Part shown: one piece after another, positions 12,341 to 25,641 of the stretch
Layout: every line of letters starts with the position of its first letter
Numbering within the stretch: position 1 is the first letter of the stretch
Assembly: GCF_964204645.1 (NCBI RefSeq)
Contig: NC_134027.1
Coordinates: 26,312,560 to 26,376,559 of the forward strand
Source: Tubulanus polymorphus
Taxonomy: Eukaryota; Animalia; Nemertea
Length of the DNA stretch: 64,000 bases
Direction of reading: 5' to 3'
Notes under the pieces: model-generated
Database searches by the model: none
Told to the model about the DNA's origin: nothing
Seen by the model: the letters and a program-made list of their open reading frames with translations, nothing else
Made by a program: the position numbers and the translations under genes

Positions 12341-13720
12341 CACCAGCATCAATTCAATCCCTTAAAAACAGCAGCATCAATACAATCCTTTAAAAACCAC
12401 CAGCATCAATTCAATCCCTTCAAAACAGCAGCATCAATTCAATCCCTTAAAACCACCAGCATCAATTCAATCCCTTAAAAACAGCACTATCAATTCAATC
12501 CCTTAAAAAGACCAGCATCAATTCAATCCCTTCAAAACACCAGCATCAATTCAATCCCTTCAAAACAGCAGCATCAATTCAATCCCTTAAAACCACCAGC
12601 ATCAATTCAATCCCTTAAAAACAGCACTATCAATTCAATCCCTTAAAAACACCAGCATCAATTCAATCCCTTAAAAACACCAGCATCAATTCAATCCCTT
12701 AAAAACCAAACCACCAGCATCAATTCAATCCCTTAAAAACCACCAGCATCAATTCAATCCCTTAAAAACACCAGCATCAATTCAATCCCTCAAAAACCAA
12801 ACCACCAGCATCAATTCAATCCCTTCAAAACACCAGCATCAATTCAATCCCTTCAAAACAGCACCATCAATTTAATCCCTTAAAATCACCAGCATCAATT
12901 CAATCCCTTCAAAACACCAGCATCAATTCAATCCCTTAAAAACCAAACCACCAGCATCAATTCAATCCCTTCAAAACACCAGCATCAATTCAATCCATTC
13001 AAAACACCAGCATCAATTCAATCCCTTAAAAACCAAACCACCAGCATCAATCCAATCCCTTAAAAACCCGCATCAATTCAATCCCTTAAAAACCACCAGA
13101 ATCAATTCAATCCCTTCAAAACACCAGCATCAATTCAATCCCTTCAAAACAGCACCATCAATTTAATCCCTTAAAATCACCAGCATCAATTCAATCCCTT
13201 CAAAACACCAGCATCAATTCAATCCCTTAAAAACCAAACCACCAGCATCAATTCAATCCCTTCAAAACACCAGCATCAATTCAATCCATTCAAAACACCA
13301 GCATCAATTCAATCCCTTAAAAACCAAACCACCAGCATCAATCCAATCCCTTAAAAACCCGCATCAATTCAATCCCTTAAAAACCACCAGAATCAATTCA
13401 ATCCCTTCAAAACACCAGCATCAATTCAATCCCTTCAAAACAGCACCATCAATTTAATCCCTTAAAATCACCAGCATCAATTCAATCCCTTCAAAACACC
13501 AGCATCAATTCAATCCCTTAAAAACCAAACCACCAGCATCAATTCAATCCCTTCAAAACACCAGCATCAATTCAATCCATTCAAAACACCAGCATCAATT
13601 CAATCCCTTAAAAACCAAACCACCAGCATCAATCCAATCCCTTAAAAACCCGCATCAATTCAATCTCTTAAAAACCACCAGAATCAATTCAATCCCTTAA
13701 AAACCACCCTTATCAAATCA
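12341..13720. repeat. ~28-bp minisatellite (~48 units) with a 291-bp higher-order repeat
   Basis: Unit caccagcatcaattcaatcccttaaaaa. The variant gcaccatcaatttaatc recurs at 12861, 13152 and 13443. Confidence 0.97.
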
Positions 13721-14407
13721 ATTCTCCTAAGAACAATAACTCCAGTTACTCTTGATGAAACGCACCGCGCTGTAACGATAACGATAGAATCTGCAAATGC
13801 GAAAGAAAAAAGAATCCGAAAAGGTTTATTTTGATAGTGTTTCCTATACATTATTTTCGACATTTTGACTATATTCTAAAAGTCCTCTTCAGGAAAACCG
13901 AAGTTCTATAAAATTGTGAATATATGTTATGCGTTACGATGCCATCTTAAATCTTTTGTGATATTGTGAAATGTAACCAGACAGATTTAAGCCTTCTTGT
14001 TTAAGACGTTCGAAAAAATCCATGAAAATGTCACCGCGCAGATTCTTTCGGTATTTTCTATTCCAGAAATAGCTCGACGAGTTTTCCAGGAATAATAGCG
14101 CGCTCGCGTATATTACATAAACCGGTCTCCATAATCTCGAAACTAAGCAACATGTACTTTTAAATGACGTGTCAATTATTTTTGCAATTACAGAACGGAG
14201 CATTTCGCGACGACTTTGATCAATGTACGGCATCGCCTTCAAGCATCATAATGCCGTACTTGACTTGTCGTGAAGGCAAAGCAGAAATGGGTAATTTCGA
14301 ATCTCAGTGCGTGATATCCAACAATCACGAGGGGACCAATAATCGATATCCAGGCCGACGCACGTTGATACCTAGTTTCTTTTGAGAAAAAAATGAAGAA
14401 AACTTTC

Positions 14408-14580
14408 ACGAGAAAATGAATTATCAACCAATCGATTCTGAGAGGGCCTGATGATCATCCGCTCAGAAAAAGAAAACTAGCACAATAAATATACGAGGAA
14501 ATGAATTATAAATCAAAACGCCGCGTCCGTGCGTCGATTTTGAGAGGGCCTGATGATCATCCGCTCAGAGAGAAAAACTG
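14408..14580. repeat. Local tandem duplication (~85-100 bp)
   Basis: gagagggcctgatgatcatccgctcaga occurs at ~14440 and ~14542, each downstream of acgagRaaatgaattat. Confidence 0.85.
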
Positions 14581-16989
14581 TCTTCTTCCTTTCAAATCTT
14601 ATTCGAATCTGTTTTAAGATTTCAGATCATTATTTGAAATCGACCTAATTTTATCCGGCAGGAAGTCAACTAATAACGTCAAAATATCGAATTATCAAAT
14701 TAGGCAGCCATAAAAAATCAACTCCAAACAGTCGCTTGCCGGTTCAGGCTGGAAGGAAGATTGTTTACATGAAGCCGAATTATGTATTTCAATTTAAGAA
14801 ATTCTGTAAATTCGACCGATCACCTGACTATCTGTACTTAGATTTCAGATTTCAAATCAAATATCTACCAATCCAATGAGAGGGGCGATTCCTGTTTTAA
14901 CTGTTCAGATACACTTCAAATAGAAAGAAGGAGAAGTTGCACGATCGGAACAGGTACCGGGTAAGCGAGTATTTGTACGTAGAAACTAGAATGAATATTG
15001 TGGCCTAATGTCCCATCTCTGATACTAGTCTAATGTGTCACACGGATGTATAGAGCCGATATGCAACATTCAAGAGGACGCGAATATAAAAGAAAATGGC
15101 GCCAGTCACCGATAATCGGCAATTTACATTTAGTCGTCGAATCCGTCGTCGCCGAAAACTGTCAACAAAATCACAATCAGAAACTTCTCAAAACGACGAC
15201 GACGCGATGAAAAAGAGCGAAAAAATCTGCACCGAATTTTTAGTAGCAAATGGATTTGAGAGAAGGGAAAAATTCTCAAAACCGTCTGCTAAGTGCAACT
15301 GTCTGGTATTAGTCACAATGGAAATAACGCAGTCACTATTCAGCGCGAGTATATGTAACACAGTTTTAAAAATGAAAAACAAATCATCGCAACTCGCGCA
15401 ATTTCAAGGCATCAATGCTTCACAGCTTGGGACCGAGCAACAAGTGTAAAACTCGTACAGACGATTATTTCAATGAAAAAAAATAAAGGAAATGAATTCA
15501 TTGGAACAAATACGAACATAGAAATACTTTCGGCGTATTCGTAAATGTTATTTCTCAGCTTGAAATGTATATAATGAAATTATATCTGCTTTTTTATACG
15601 TTGCTGACGTGAAGCTCAGCGTGATCTGAATAATGAAATTTGATTGCTAACTTTGTATCGGTGTGCGCGCCGCCGCCGCTGTGTTGTGTTGTGTTGAGTT
15701 GTTTCACTGCCTTTGATTCTCGAAAACGGAAACGAGGTATTTGTCGACTGTCGCGATCTCAAATATCTCAACAATATTCGATATTAGTTCAGGAAATATC
15801 TCAGGTTGATGCCGTCAACAATGAGACGCGCGAGGAGTCTGTACGGGGATACTGGAGCTACCTGTATGCGCTTCAAAACCGAAATCACGATGGAAAATGA
15901 AGCAGTTTGGATCGAGATTGTTGAATGAGCTTTCTGTGAAATAGAACGAATATATAACACGATCCTGCTATTTTGATAAGCCACTTTTGTATAGATAATC
16001 ATATAACGGTGTCTTATTCTATGGCAGAACCATTTGTAAAAATATATTGAAGTTTTGTCAAACGATATGGGCGAAAATGGTAGATATCCAAACGGAGGAG
16101 TTCTTTTCCACTTTTTTTTGCAGAAAATGAAACAATGACAATTATCGCAAGAGGCTCGCGATGTCTTATACAACTTCATCAGCCTCCTAGCTCGCTAGAT
16201 CAATATAGAAAATCCGGATGCCTTTTTTCTATGAAAATACTTAGACACGTAGAAAGTTCTTTCTAACGGCCATCGAACCCATATATCACTGTAAAAAATG
16301 TTACGGAATTTCCGACAGAATACTGTCAGAAATTGAATCTTCATTTATAACTTTATCATTTCCATAATCTTATTCCGTCGTCTTCAGTGTCTTTTCAAAA
16401 TCATGAATCCCATCAGACCATTGTGGACAACAGCTGTGATGGGATACACATATTAACATACATGTGTTACATTACACTAAACTAATATCAGTGTGGTGCC
16501 TTTTTAGCAGAAGTACGGAAAAGAAGACTTACGATATTTCTGATAATACTTATCTATAGTAAGTCAACTAAAATACAGTCGACAATAGATTATATTGATA
16601 TATGCAATACGTACGGAACATGTGTGAACGTGAGAAATTAATGAGGCAGAGTTTGTAAATCATTTGTTTCTCGTTCTCACAGTGCGAGGGTTGCAATGAC
16701 AGATACCACGTGGTTATATCTCTCATGTAGCCGACTCATCTATCAGGTGACCGTGTACACGACACACACATTTGTCTCTCGTTCAACATAAGCTGCGATT
16801 ATATATATCTCCATAGTTCATGGCAGTTATTTATTAATGTTTATTAATCCGCAAATGTCAGTTGCACCATTGTCACTCAAGATTCGAAGTCAAATTGATT
16901 GAATTTTCTTATGTGAAAAATAAAATAAATGTAAGTCAATATGAAATGGCAGAAATAAGTTAAAGATACATCTTTGATGACATAATTCT

Positions 16990-17110
16990 TCAAACGTGAT
17001 GGCATCTCGACACTCTCCCCACCCGATAACGGTTCGAATCCCTGCCGAGGGAGGAACGTGGCAGAGTCTCTCGATGCCATCAGGTTCGAATCCCTGCCGA
17101 GGGTAGATTC
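16990..17110 (+). mobile_element. tRNA-derived SINE-like fragment with duplicated B box
   Basis: ggttcgaatccctgccgaggg occurs at 17031 and 17083. A homologous gccatcaggttcgaatcccagccgagggga lies at ~31517. Confidence 0.5.
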
Positions 17111-20059
17111 TTTGCTCATCGTGATGCGTCTGTTGTGAACTCCCGGCTAAGCGATGACACCGGGCGATTACATTGAATATCCCCAACTATCTATTAACTA
17201 TTAAAAACCACTAAGTCCAGCAGGTTATTTTATTCAGCCGACCGACCGACCGTCCGTCTCTCGCGGGAGCGGCTGAAGATCTACAGCCCCCACGGACTAA
17301 CCGACTTAACGAAACATAATTTCGACCGTGCTCGAACGGCTGTGAGTCATCGCGCTTTGATCCGCGAAATGTCCGCATTCAACTGCAGCTCGAGGGACGG
17401 TAACCCCGGTAGTAGAACCGCCAAATCGGCACCACATCCCAGATAAGTGCAATATGCGAAATAAAAAAAACACCACTGTCAATCAAAGAGACGAGTGCAA
17501 CGTTATGTTAGGTCACTTTTTGGTTAAGTGGTACTCTTGTCTTCTGGCTGCCTTAGAGCAGGCTAGCAGCATTGTTATTACCTAATAAATAATGCGTTGA
17601 GTAAACATAGGGATATGTAATTCCATCCATTGTCACAATACTATGTCGAGCTTAAGAAAGTTCAGGTTCGGACGTGTCGAACTTTTAGAATAAGTAAATA
17701 AAAAAAATTGACATTATTTCTGAATTCTTCAAAAAGTGACTTGACGTAGCGTTGCACCAATAATCCCTTCAGCAGCATTCATCTAAGTGTCAGATTTAGT
17801 CGTGTCAAAACTCTAACGTTTGTAAATGAAAACATCAAACTTCTCAATTCTTAGAAAAAATGACATCGATCCTTGTAAAGCTGGAATGAATCTTCAATAT
17901 TTCATTGAATATTCTACGACAAGTCGACGCCGGATCTAGATAATTTTTTCACGAATAACAAAATGAACACGAATCCAAAATTTCAGCGATGATACACAGT
18001 TCAAAGTGATCGTCATTTTCAATTCCCTTCATATTCTATATATAAGACACGGAATTGTTAATTGCATAAAGAAAACCGTATAATACTCTTTAACGGTGTA
18101 TTCTATATCCCCTCATTATTGATCTGTGTGTGTAAGCCATCAATTATAGACTTATCCTTACTGATACGCAATAAACTCATAATTGATGACAACAAGAAGC
18201 TTATCTGGACCATGAACTCCTAGCGAGTCCGTCCTGGTCCATAAGCCGGTTCTGTGTGGCTGTGTACAAGTGTCAGAGGTTCTGTGCGACTCTACAAATT
18301 GTCAGAAAACATCTAAAACATCATACTATGATATAAATCTATACCAATTTGATTCACAAATTCAATGAACATCTCCTTTAAGTTATTCTTGATATTCTAA
18401 TGAATTCCATACACAGATGTATCAAGATACTTAGATAAGAATTGAAGTATTCATAAATTTCGAGAAAACTCACCGGAGCTTTCGATCCAAATCCGTGGAT
18501 CTTTATTAATGTAGAAAACACAAATGCGTGCCAAAATGGGGGGAGGGACTGGTATCGACCCCATCTCTGGTGGCATGGTGGATTCTGATCTGCGCAGGAT
18601 ATTCAGAGTATAAGGACACAAGTGGTCAAGGTCAGGTTGAACTAATCTGGGTATTTTTTTCAGTATCAGTGGTCATTAAGAGATTTGACTAATAACTCGT
18701 TAATCTCGCTAAGTTTATTCCTTCGAGACTTAACCACAACCTCGACGACTTAATGTCTATTGCAGCTATTTATGAGTGAACGGGTTTGTATCCACCGCAA
18801 GAGTAAGGTGATCAACGTGTTGTATCTACCGACTTGTCGTCTGCTGACTTTTAAAATAGGCTTTTAGAGTTAACGACAAGAGAAAGAGTCTTTGCGCTCT
18901 TTTTACTACAACAGACGCTCAGGGATTTATGAATCTTTAAATACACGAAAGCTTGTTAAGGCTTATCGATATGAAAATCATGGAGACAGTAATAAACATA
19001 TCACCGGCAAGAAGCAGTCGACTGTCTTATCAAGTTTACAGAGTTTTTGTGCGTATTTGATTTGTCTTTCATGTATTCCTGCTATGACTATTGTTTTCAG
19101 CTTAACTATTATCACCACAATCATTATTACTGTATAATTATGCCTTCATCATAGAACTACTGTTTACTTGATGTGATCTTTTCAGTTTTTGCTCAGGACT
19201 CCAAGCTACATCACTCATGTGTTGTGAAAAGCTATCGAGCTCGCTTTGTGTCTGCCGTTTCTATTCAGTTTTTCTCGATTTTCTGTCTGTTCTGAGGGCT
19301 GTTTTCGTTTGTACGAGCAAACTGTTGCTTCAAAGCCGTCATTCATCAAATATTATTACATCATCAATGTTTGCTATGAGTACCACTTACATAATATATC
19401 GTTTATTCAATAATTTCGTTAAGAACATTCGTAAAAAATGAAATCATTTCAACGATAAAAAATCTATGAAATATATCTGTATATCTGAGGCTGTTGGAAT
19501 TGTAATTCTTTCAGCGGCTATATCGACCAGAAAGAGCCGCCGATGTAGAATATCTTCGGTCATAAATTACTTATATAGAAGGGGAAACCAGTGATTCTAT
19601 ATGTAGAACAGTTGATTAATGTCGCTATCGGGGACTCATCTAAATGCTAATCGCGACTCGTTCCGTATCGTTTTTCGTCCAATTTGTCGATAGTGTGAAT
19701 GACTAGGCATGTAAATCGGCTATAAAACGGTATTATAATACCGTTAAAGGTGGGCAAATCGTCACCAATAAAACTGTCATTTATTTACTGCAAACTGACT
19801 CATTTTTTGCTTTCGCTGCATGAGCTGCATTCGAAACAACATGAGTGAAGTTACTGCACCAGCCCGCGACTAATATCGACTAAACTAAGACTAGAACTAC
19901 ATTGGGGCGGGTAACATTTGAAAAAATGATACGTTGAAATTGTTATCTAAAACGCAGAAGGCTGGAGAAAATTGGAAAGAAAATACTACGCAAAATACAT
20001 AAGGGGAGGGTTGATAAAATCCGAGGGCCTGAGGGACTTTCCCGGAAATCCAGGATTCG

Positions 20060-20125
20060 AAATGCGATCAAACTTGACCTTAATCTATAAACCGTAGACC
20101 CGAACCGCTCGACCAAACGCCCAGG
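20060..20125 (-). mobile_element. Degenerate tRNA-like SINE head
   Basis: Minus strand has TGGTCGAGCGG (A-box-like) followed by AGTTTGATC (B-box-like) at roughly tRNA spacing. Confidence 0.3.
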
Positions 20126-20954
20126 TCACTTGCCGCAGAGCAGAACCACGCTATGTGACCAGTCACTCATGACGTCACACTAATTTCCATCTGTTATATG
20201 TATCTTGTTCTAAGAATCATATAGATAAAAAGCTGTTAACTTGAATGTGAATTTGTTTATTTAGGAGATCAGAAACTAGTTAAACCAAGTCCTCAGAGTT
20301 TCCATTCAACGAGGAAATCAATTTTTAAAACTCATTAATTTCTAAAAGTCTCTAGAAGTTTATACCGTGTAATAATGATCACGAGTACGTGTATATAACA
20401 AACATCGGAGCTCGTCACGGGTTCGACGTTCATTTCAAACAAGGTTTTATTTAGAGTCTTATTACAAAGAAACATCATCAATTCTACTTATCATCTTGGC
20501 TTTAAGACAGTAACTTTACCTTCGACACACCCCTCCCCCACCTCCCACAAAATACCGTTAAATTGAGACAATGCATAAAAGAGGACTATTTGAAATAGGA
20601 AACGAAGGATGATTATGTGGGTTCATTTCTGCGCGAAACATCATCATATGTTTTGCGCAGTTTCTCTTAACACTTCGTCGGTAAAAACTTGGCAAATTAT
20701 CACCGAGCATCCCGCGGGGACTATCAAAACACACGTCGTTCTTTACACGCTTCATAACGCCGTCAAAAGATATTACTACAACGCGGTCGTAAAGCGGCGC
20801 TGAAGGTGCCAGAAAATGAAATAGAATACTCCGCCAGCAGCTGAGTCAACTCGACGCATATATAAACAAACGTCTCAGATTCGATCGAAGAAACAAATTG
20901 TCGACGATGATTTGAATAGTTTTTTTTCTGATTTTTTTTCTCAGTTAAGATTAT

Positions 20955-21105
20955 AACTATAGTATAGTAGTTTATTTGTCACCATCAAAATGAACAAATG
21001 ATAAATAACAAAATAGGTTATAAACAATAGGTTATAAACATTGAGGAGACAGCCTGACAGCCTGGGCAGAGCCATAAAGGCTGTTTATCCAAAGGGATGT
21101 TCAGA
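20955..21105 (-). mobile_element. Possible LINE/SINE 3' end
   Basis: Minus strand has a stem-loop (acagcc...ggctgt), a T-rich stretch, AATAAA, then a short (actat)-like tail. This layout is typical of CR1/L2-type 3' ends. Confidence 0.3.
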
Positions 21106-24100
21106 CACCTTGACATAAACATGAACAAATTATAGAAAAAAAACTAATGAAAAGAGATGAGATAATGAAAAATGAAGATGAATTTATATCATGCAGAAGT
21201 CTCTATGTTTATATCATCTTCTATATCATAACAATAACAATTTATTTTTCATTCGTGGAAATGTAGTTAAATGAAAAATAAATTATTATTATTATTCGTC
21301 GTGTTCATTTCTAATGTATAACTCTAATGCGGTATGATATAAGTGTTGAAGGACTCATTAGGGAATTATCGTCATTGAACTGGCGAAACGGAGTATAAAT
21401 TGTAATCTTTAAGCTGTGATGTCGTTTATGGTGAGTTTCAACTACAAATGGATTTAAATGAAAACGATCGTCAACAAAGATGACAGATTCCGAGGTACGT
21501 TACTTAGACTATAGAATCATTAAAACACACACTTCTGTCGGTCCATCAAACCAGTGAAATATCTTTCAATAATAGACGTGAATACTTTCAATTTCATGGA
21601 CAGCTGGCCACATCATTTCAAATATTTATACAAGTTACGGATCGGCATCGTCGCCAGAAAAGGGTAAAACGCTTCAAAGCCCCGCTAAACAAACGCCCGG
21701 AGACTCGAAACATCCTATCATAAATATAAACAGGATGTTGTGCCGATGATAATGTTGACTCGATGAATAGTCTGGAAAATGAGTCGTAAAAATCACAAAG
21801 CCGTCCGTGAAATTCCAACGTTTCATACGCATTTTGATACGCATCGTCAAGGGATACGACGTCAACAATCGAAACCGGCGGCGGGACTGCTCGATGTTTG
21901 ATCAGGAAGCTAAGCGACGAACGCTACAATTTGAAATAAACGCCGTAACAATAGCGTTTAAATCGCGTCGTTTTATTGCTGTTAAACCTAGCGTGTTGGC
22001 GGCGTTTTTTGATCCGTGCGCTTATGACTATGACACGTTTTCAATTTCCAATAGCGGGAGAGCAGCTTCTTTTCACAATATATAAACATCGATGTCGTTT
22101 TGTACGGCGATTAATATTCAAATTACAGACAATAGATCAAAGCAGCCGACAGCGGGTCACTTTCTCGTATCGTTTTCGACCATTTTCCACGGAAACGTTA
22201 TTCAAGCGATTAGGTAAACGTAGGTTTTATCAGCATCAGAGTTCAGCGAGATTGTCTTAAAGCCGAATCTAATATCAAATCTAGTCCATCACCATGTAAA
22301 ATTTTAACCCAGATATACGTTGAAAATTTGGCCGCGGGAAAAATTTAATTAGATTGTAAATTTAGAAGTTGTGGGCGGGTTTGTGGTGTATTATGTTCAG
22401 AAACTAATTCAGAGACTGTCTCGAGTGTCTAGTATACATAAAATAATCATAGGTGGTCTATTCTAGACAAAGTCCTACAGTCTTTTTTTGTTCGATTTCC
22501 ATAAAAAGCACAGTTGACAGAGATCAGAATCTCTTACCTCCCTCGAGAGTAAAACTCTCTTATATTCTCGATGGCCAGACGATCCCTAAAGGCCTTGACA
22601 AATACATCTGGACGAGTATTGACGAACATGGTCGCGATGTGGTGTTCAACAGTTATGTTCTATCAGTTATAAAATGAATATCTTGTTCTATTCTCCCCCA
22701 CAAGCCAACCATCTACTTATTCTCATCAGATATATCTGCAGTAGACAGTTCTACAGTTATTTATTGTTGTCCGAAGTCTGTTTACAACGATAAAACCCCC
22801 ACCCGCCCACTCTATATCAGTCCTTTACTCAGTTCTGCAAGTGGCTGGTTGGCAACACTATAGTTCTAAGTGAACGTCAGGTCCAATATTGCACACTATA
22901 TAGTGTTCCCCGAGGTTCGCGAGAGCCCTCGCCTCCGAAGGCTCACGGTGTTAGTTTTTTCTCCTATGCCTCAGGCATTTCTGCGGGCGTAAATATAGAA
23001 TGCATTGATATTATTTGCCCGCTTCGTCTTGTGCCGGCGGTATACGAATTTCTATAGGGAAGGGAGGGCTATACCTTGAGGTGTTTACCCCCTTACACGC
23101 TCAAGTACCAGTTACATTTGATTGGATTAATCTGATATGATAACCATGTATAAATTCTCCCGCTTCAATACAATAATATCGCTTATCCACAGTAAATTTT
23201 TCGGTGCATTTTCCTGTATTTCAAACTATTTTCAGGGTTACGGGGTTAAATTTAGACTTCCAAAGCCGTCTACGAAGTTTCGCTTTTGGCGAGTTATAAA
23301 TAATGAACGCATTTAAGGATTAATTGGTTCCTCAGGTGAATTCGGAGCTCGTTTAACACGAAGATCAGAGTCGGCCCGACTTGCGTTTGAAAGGAACGCC
23401 ATCATCGTCTAATGACGGAAAATAACGTTTTAGGGATTTTTTTAATGTCTCGTCAGAAAATAAAACTATTTCATTCGTAGATGTGCTCATACTGAGGCCC
23501 TTGAATGTTTCTGGCTGGCCGGCGAGCCTCTGGTCAAGAGTTGATTGAATTAACTGATTGTTTGCGATCACCGCGAACTCGTGTGTAGAGACTGGCGACC
23601 GTCACTGAGTCCACTTAACCTAGAATTCGGTTTCTCTGATGATGCGACCGGTACCGGAGCTTCCGGGCCACGGGAACATCAAACTACGAGTATTTGTACA
23701 ATACGTCCTCACTTCCGGCGGTCTGAACTAAAGTGAAATTCTCCGAACAATGTCGATTGTGGCCGGCAATATTTGCGGACCACTCGAAGTTAACTCGAGA
23801 CTATATCTCAAGGCGATGTCTTTACAAACGGTTTTTTGATATGATATATAAAAGATCAATCGGGTTTAGAACGCTTGGGGGGTGGTGTAGGGTAGGTACA
23901 GCGTGATGATTGGGAGCGCAATGAACCTAACAAATTCATTTCAATATCAGCAGGTGTTTGAATGAAGTTAGAATCGACTTTAATTTCTTTATCGAACGTG
24001 ATTTCTTTAAAGGTAGAGATTTCTGATTGAATAAAGTCTGGAGAAATTGCACGCTCCGCGATGAGCGTATGTTGTTTGCGTTTGCGGATTTCAAAGTCGA

Positions 24101-25446
24101 CGTTTTGAAGAAAGGTTATAAATCATCGGTTGCCTCTCGTCGCTACTCGGAGAGAGCCGTAACTGCGCAATGAAGTAGCAAGGCACGAAATTTCATCGTG
24201 ATTTTCCAGACCTAACGTCTCGGGGCAATCAAAGTGTCAGAAGATCGCTGAGATAATGGATAGGTACGTCGTCTGTCTCGAGGGATAACAGACGACAGAG
24301 CGGCGGTTACGATCGGTATATTTGAAATTTCGAAATTGCGAAGGTTATCGAGGTTTACCGCCATAATCGACGTATAACAGCCTAGAAACATTACTACTGG
24401 ATTCCGTTGACAGGAATTCAAAAAGCCTAAAGCGTTGAATTTACAATTCCATCTAGTAAACAGCAACATCTCTGCGCTATTGGAAACTGCAACACCAGAT
24501 GGCGTGATCGCCAATTAGACTTACGTCGTCAAAATTAGTTCATTATCGATCAACTTTGAACTGAAACCAAATATACTGAAATATCTTTCTATCATTATTC
24601 AAGAAAAAAGTTCATTCGATTATAACTGAAATGTAGGAGGAACTGAACGCGGAAAACCGAATAACTACTAGCGACATTTGGTGGATCCTCGCTTGCCATA
24701 AGTAGAATCCTCGATTGCCATAGTAGCCGTCGGAGGATCCCATTACTATGAAATGATTTCACAAGAACGAAAACTACCGTCTATATTTCTTTTCGAAAAA
24801 AATCTCACTAATACCACGATCAGTTTGCGTTTTATGTTTGCCGTTAAGTCGCCGCGCGACCGCCGTGTCATCAGACACCACTTAGACGCACAATCCATAT
24901 AACATTTCAGATTCGAACCGAGTATAATCCAACATCGACTTATTTCATCATTAAACACTGCTGAAGACTTGCACCATCGGACAATGAGAGCTTAGTTCTT
25001 TATTTATGAATAGGCCTCGTATAGTGTTGTGGGACATTCGGGCGTTCGTTGATAAGTCATTTCTAATTAGGATAATGAAGGGGAAGAGACAATTTATTGG
25101 ATACGAAGTCTACTGCGTTGAGAGAAACGGGGGGATTGTTTATTGATTTAGTGTCTCAGAAAACATTCACATACAGTTTATATATTTGATTATCAGTGAC
25201 TCCGGGGACTCGAGATTATCAGCTTATCCGGCCATGTGTTGATGGTTTTTTAATGAAACACCAAACCCGTAGTAGAGCTTAGGGAGAACGTTGATTAGTA
25301 CACGTCCGTATATCCATCAACCGAGCCTGAGACTACTCGTTTCAATTAACCGAACGACGACTAAAACTGTTTAACTTTTATACAGATATTAGATCGGTTT
25401 CAATATATTCAAAGTAAATGACTAATTCAACCAACAGTTTAAAGAA

Positions 25447-25596
25447 ATATCACCCAAAATATGAAGAAAAACTACGAGAGTTCCGACGTTTCTACTCAAA
25501 TGCGCCATTTTGAGACAAGTTCTGGATAAAATGGCGCATAGAATCGAGTAGAACCGTCGGAACTCTCGAAGTTTTTCTTCATATTTGGCGTCATAT
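25447..25596. mobile_element. Near-perfect 150-bp foldback element
   Basis: The ~65-bp arm aatatgaagaaaaactacgagagttccgacgtttctactc...tgcgccatttt and its reverse complement are separated by ~16 nt. Confidence 0.85.
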
Positions 25597-25641
25597 CAAC
25601 GTTCCAATGTTAGTTACTTCTACTTTCGTTAAAGATCATTA

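Noticed and set aside
14440-14570. CTGATGA motifs as hammerhead cores (also CTGACGAGTCCC at ~59764)
   Set aside because: No properly placed stem II followed by GAAA
20088-20110. Resemblance to miR-100 (aaaccgtagacccgaac)
   Set aside because: There is a seed mismatch and no precursor hairpin, and it lies within a degenerate SINE-like head
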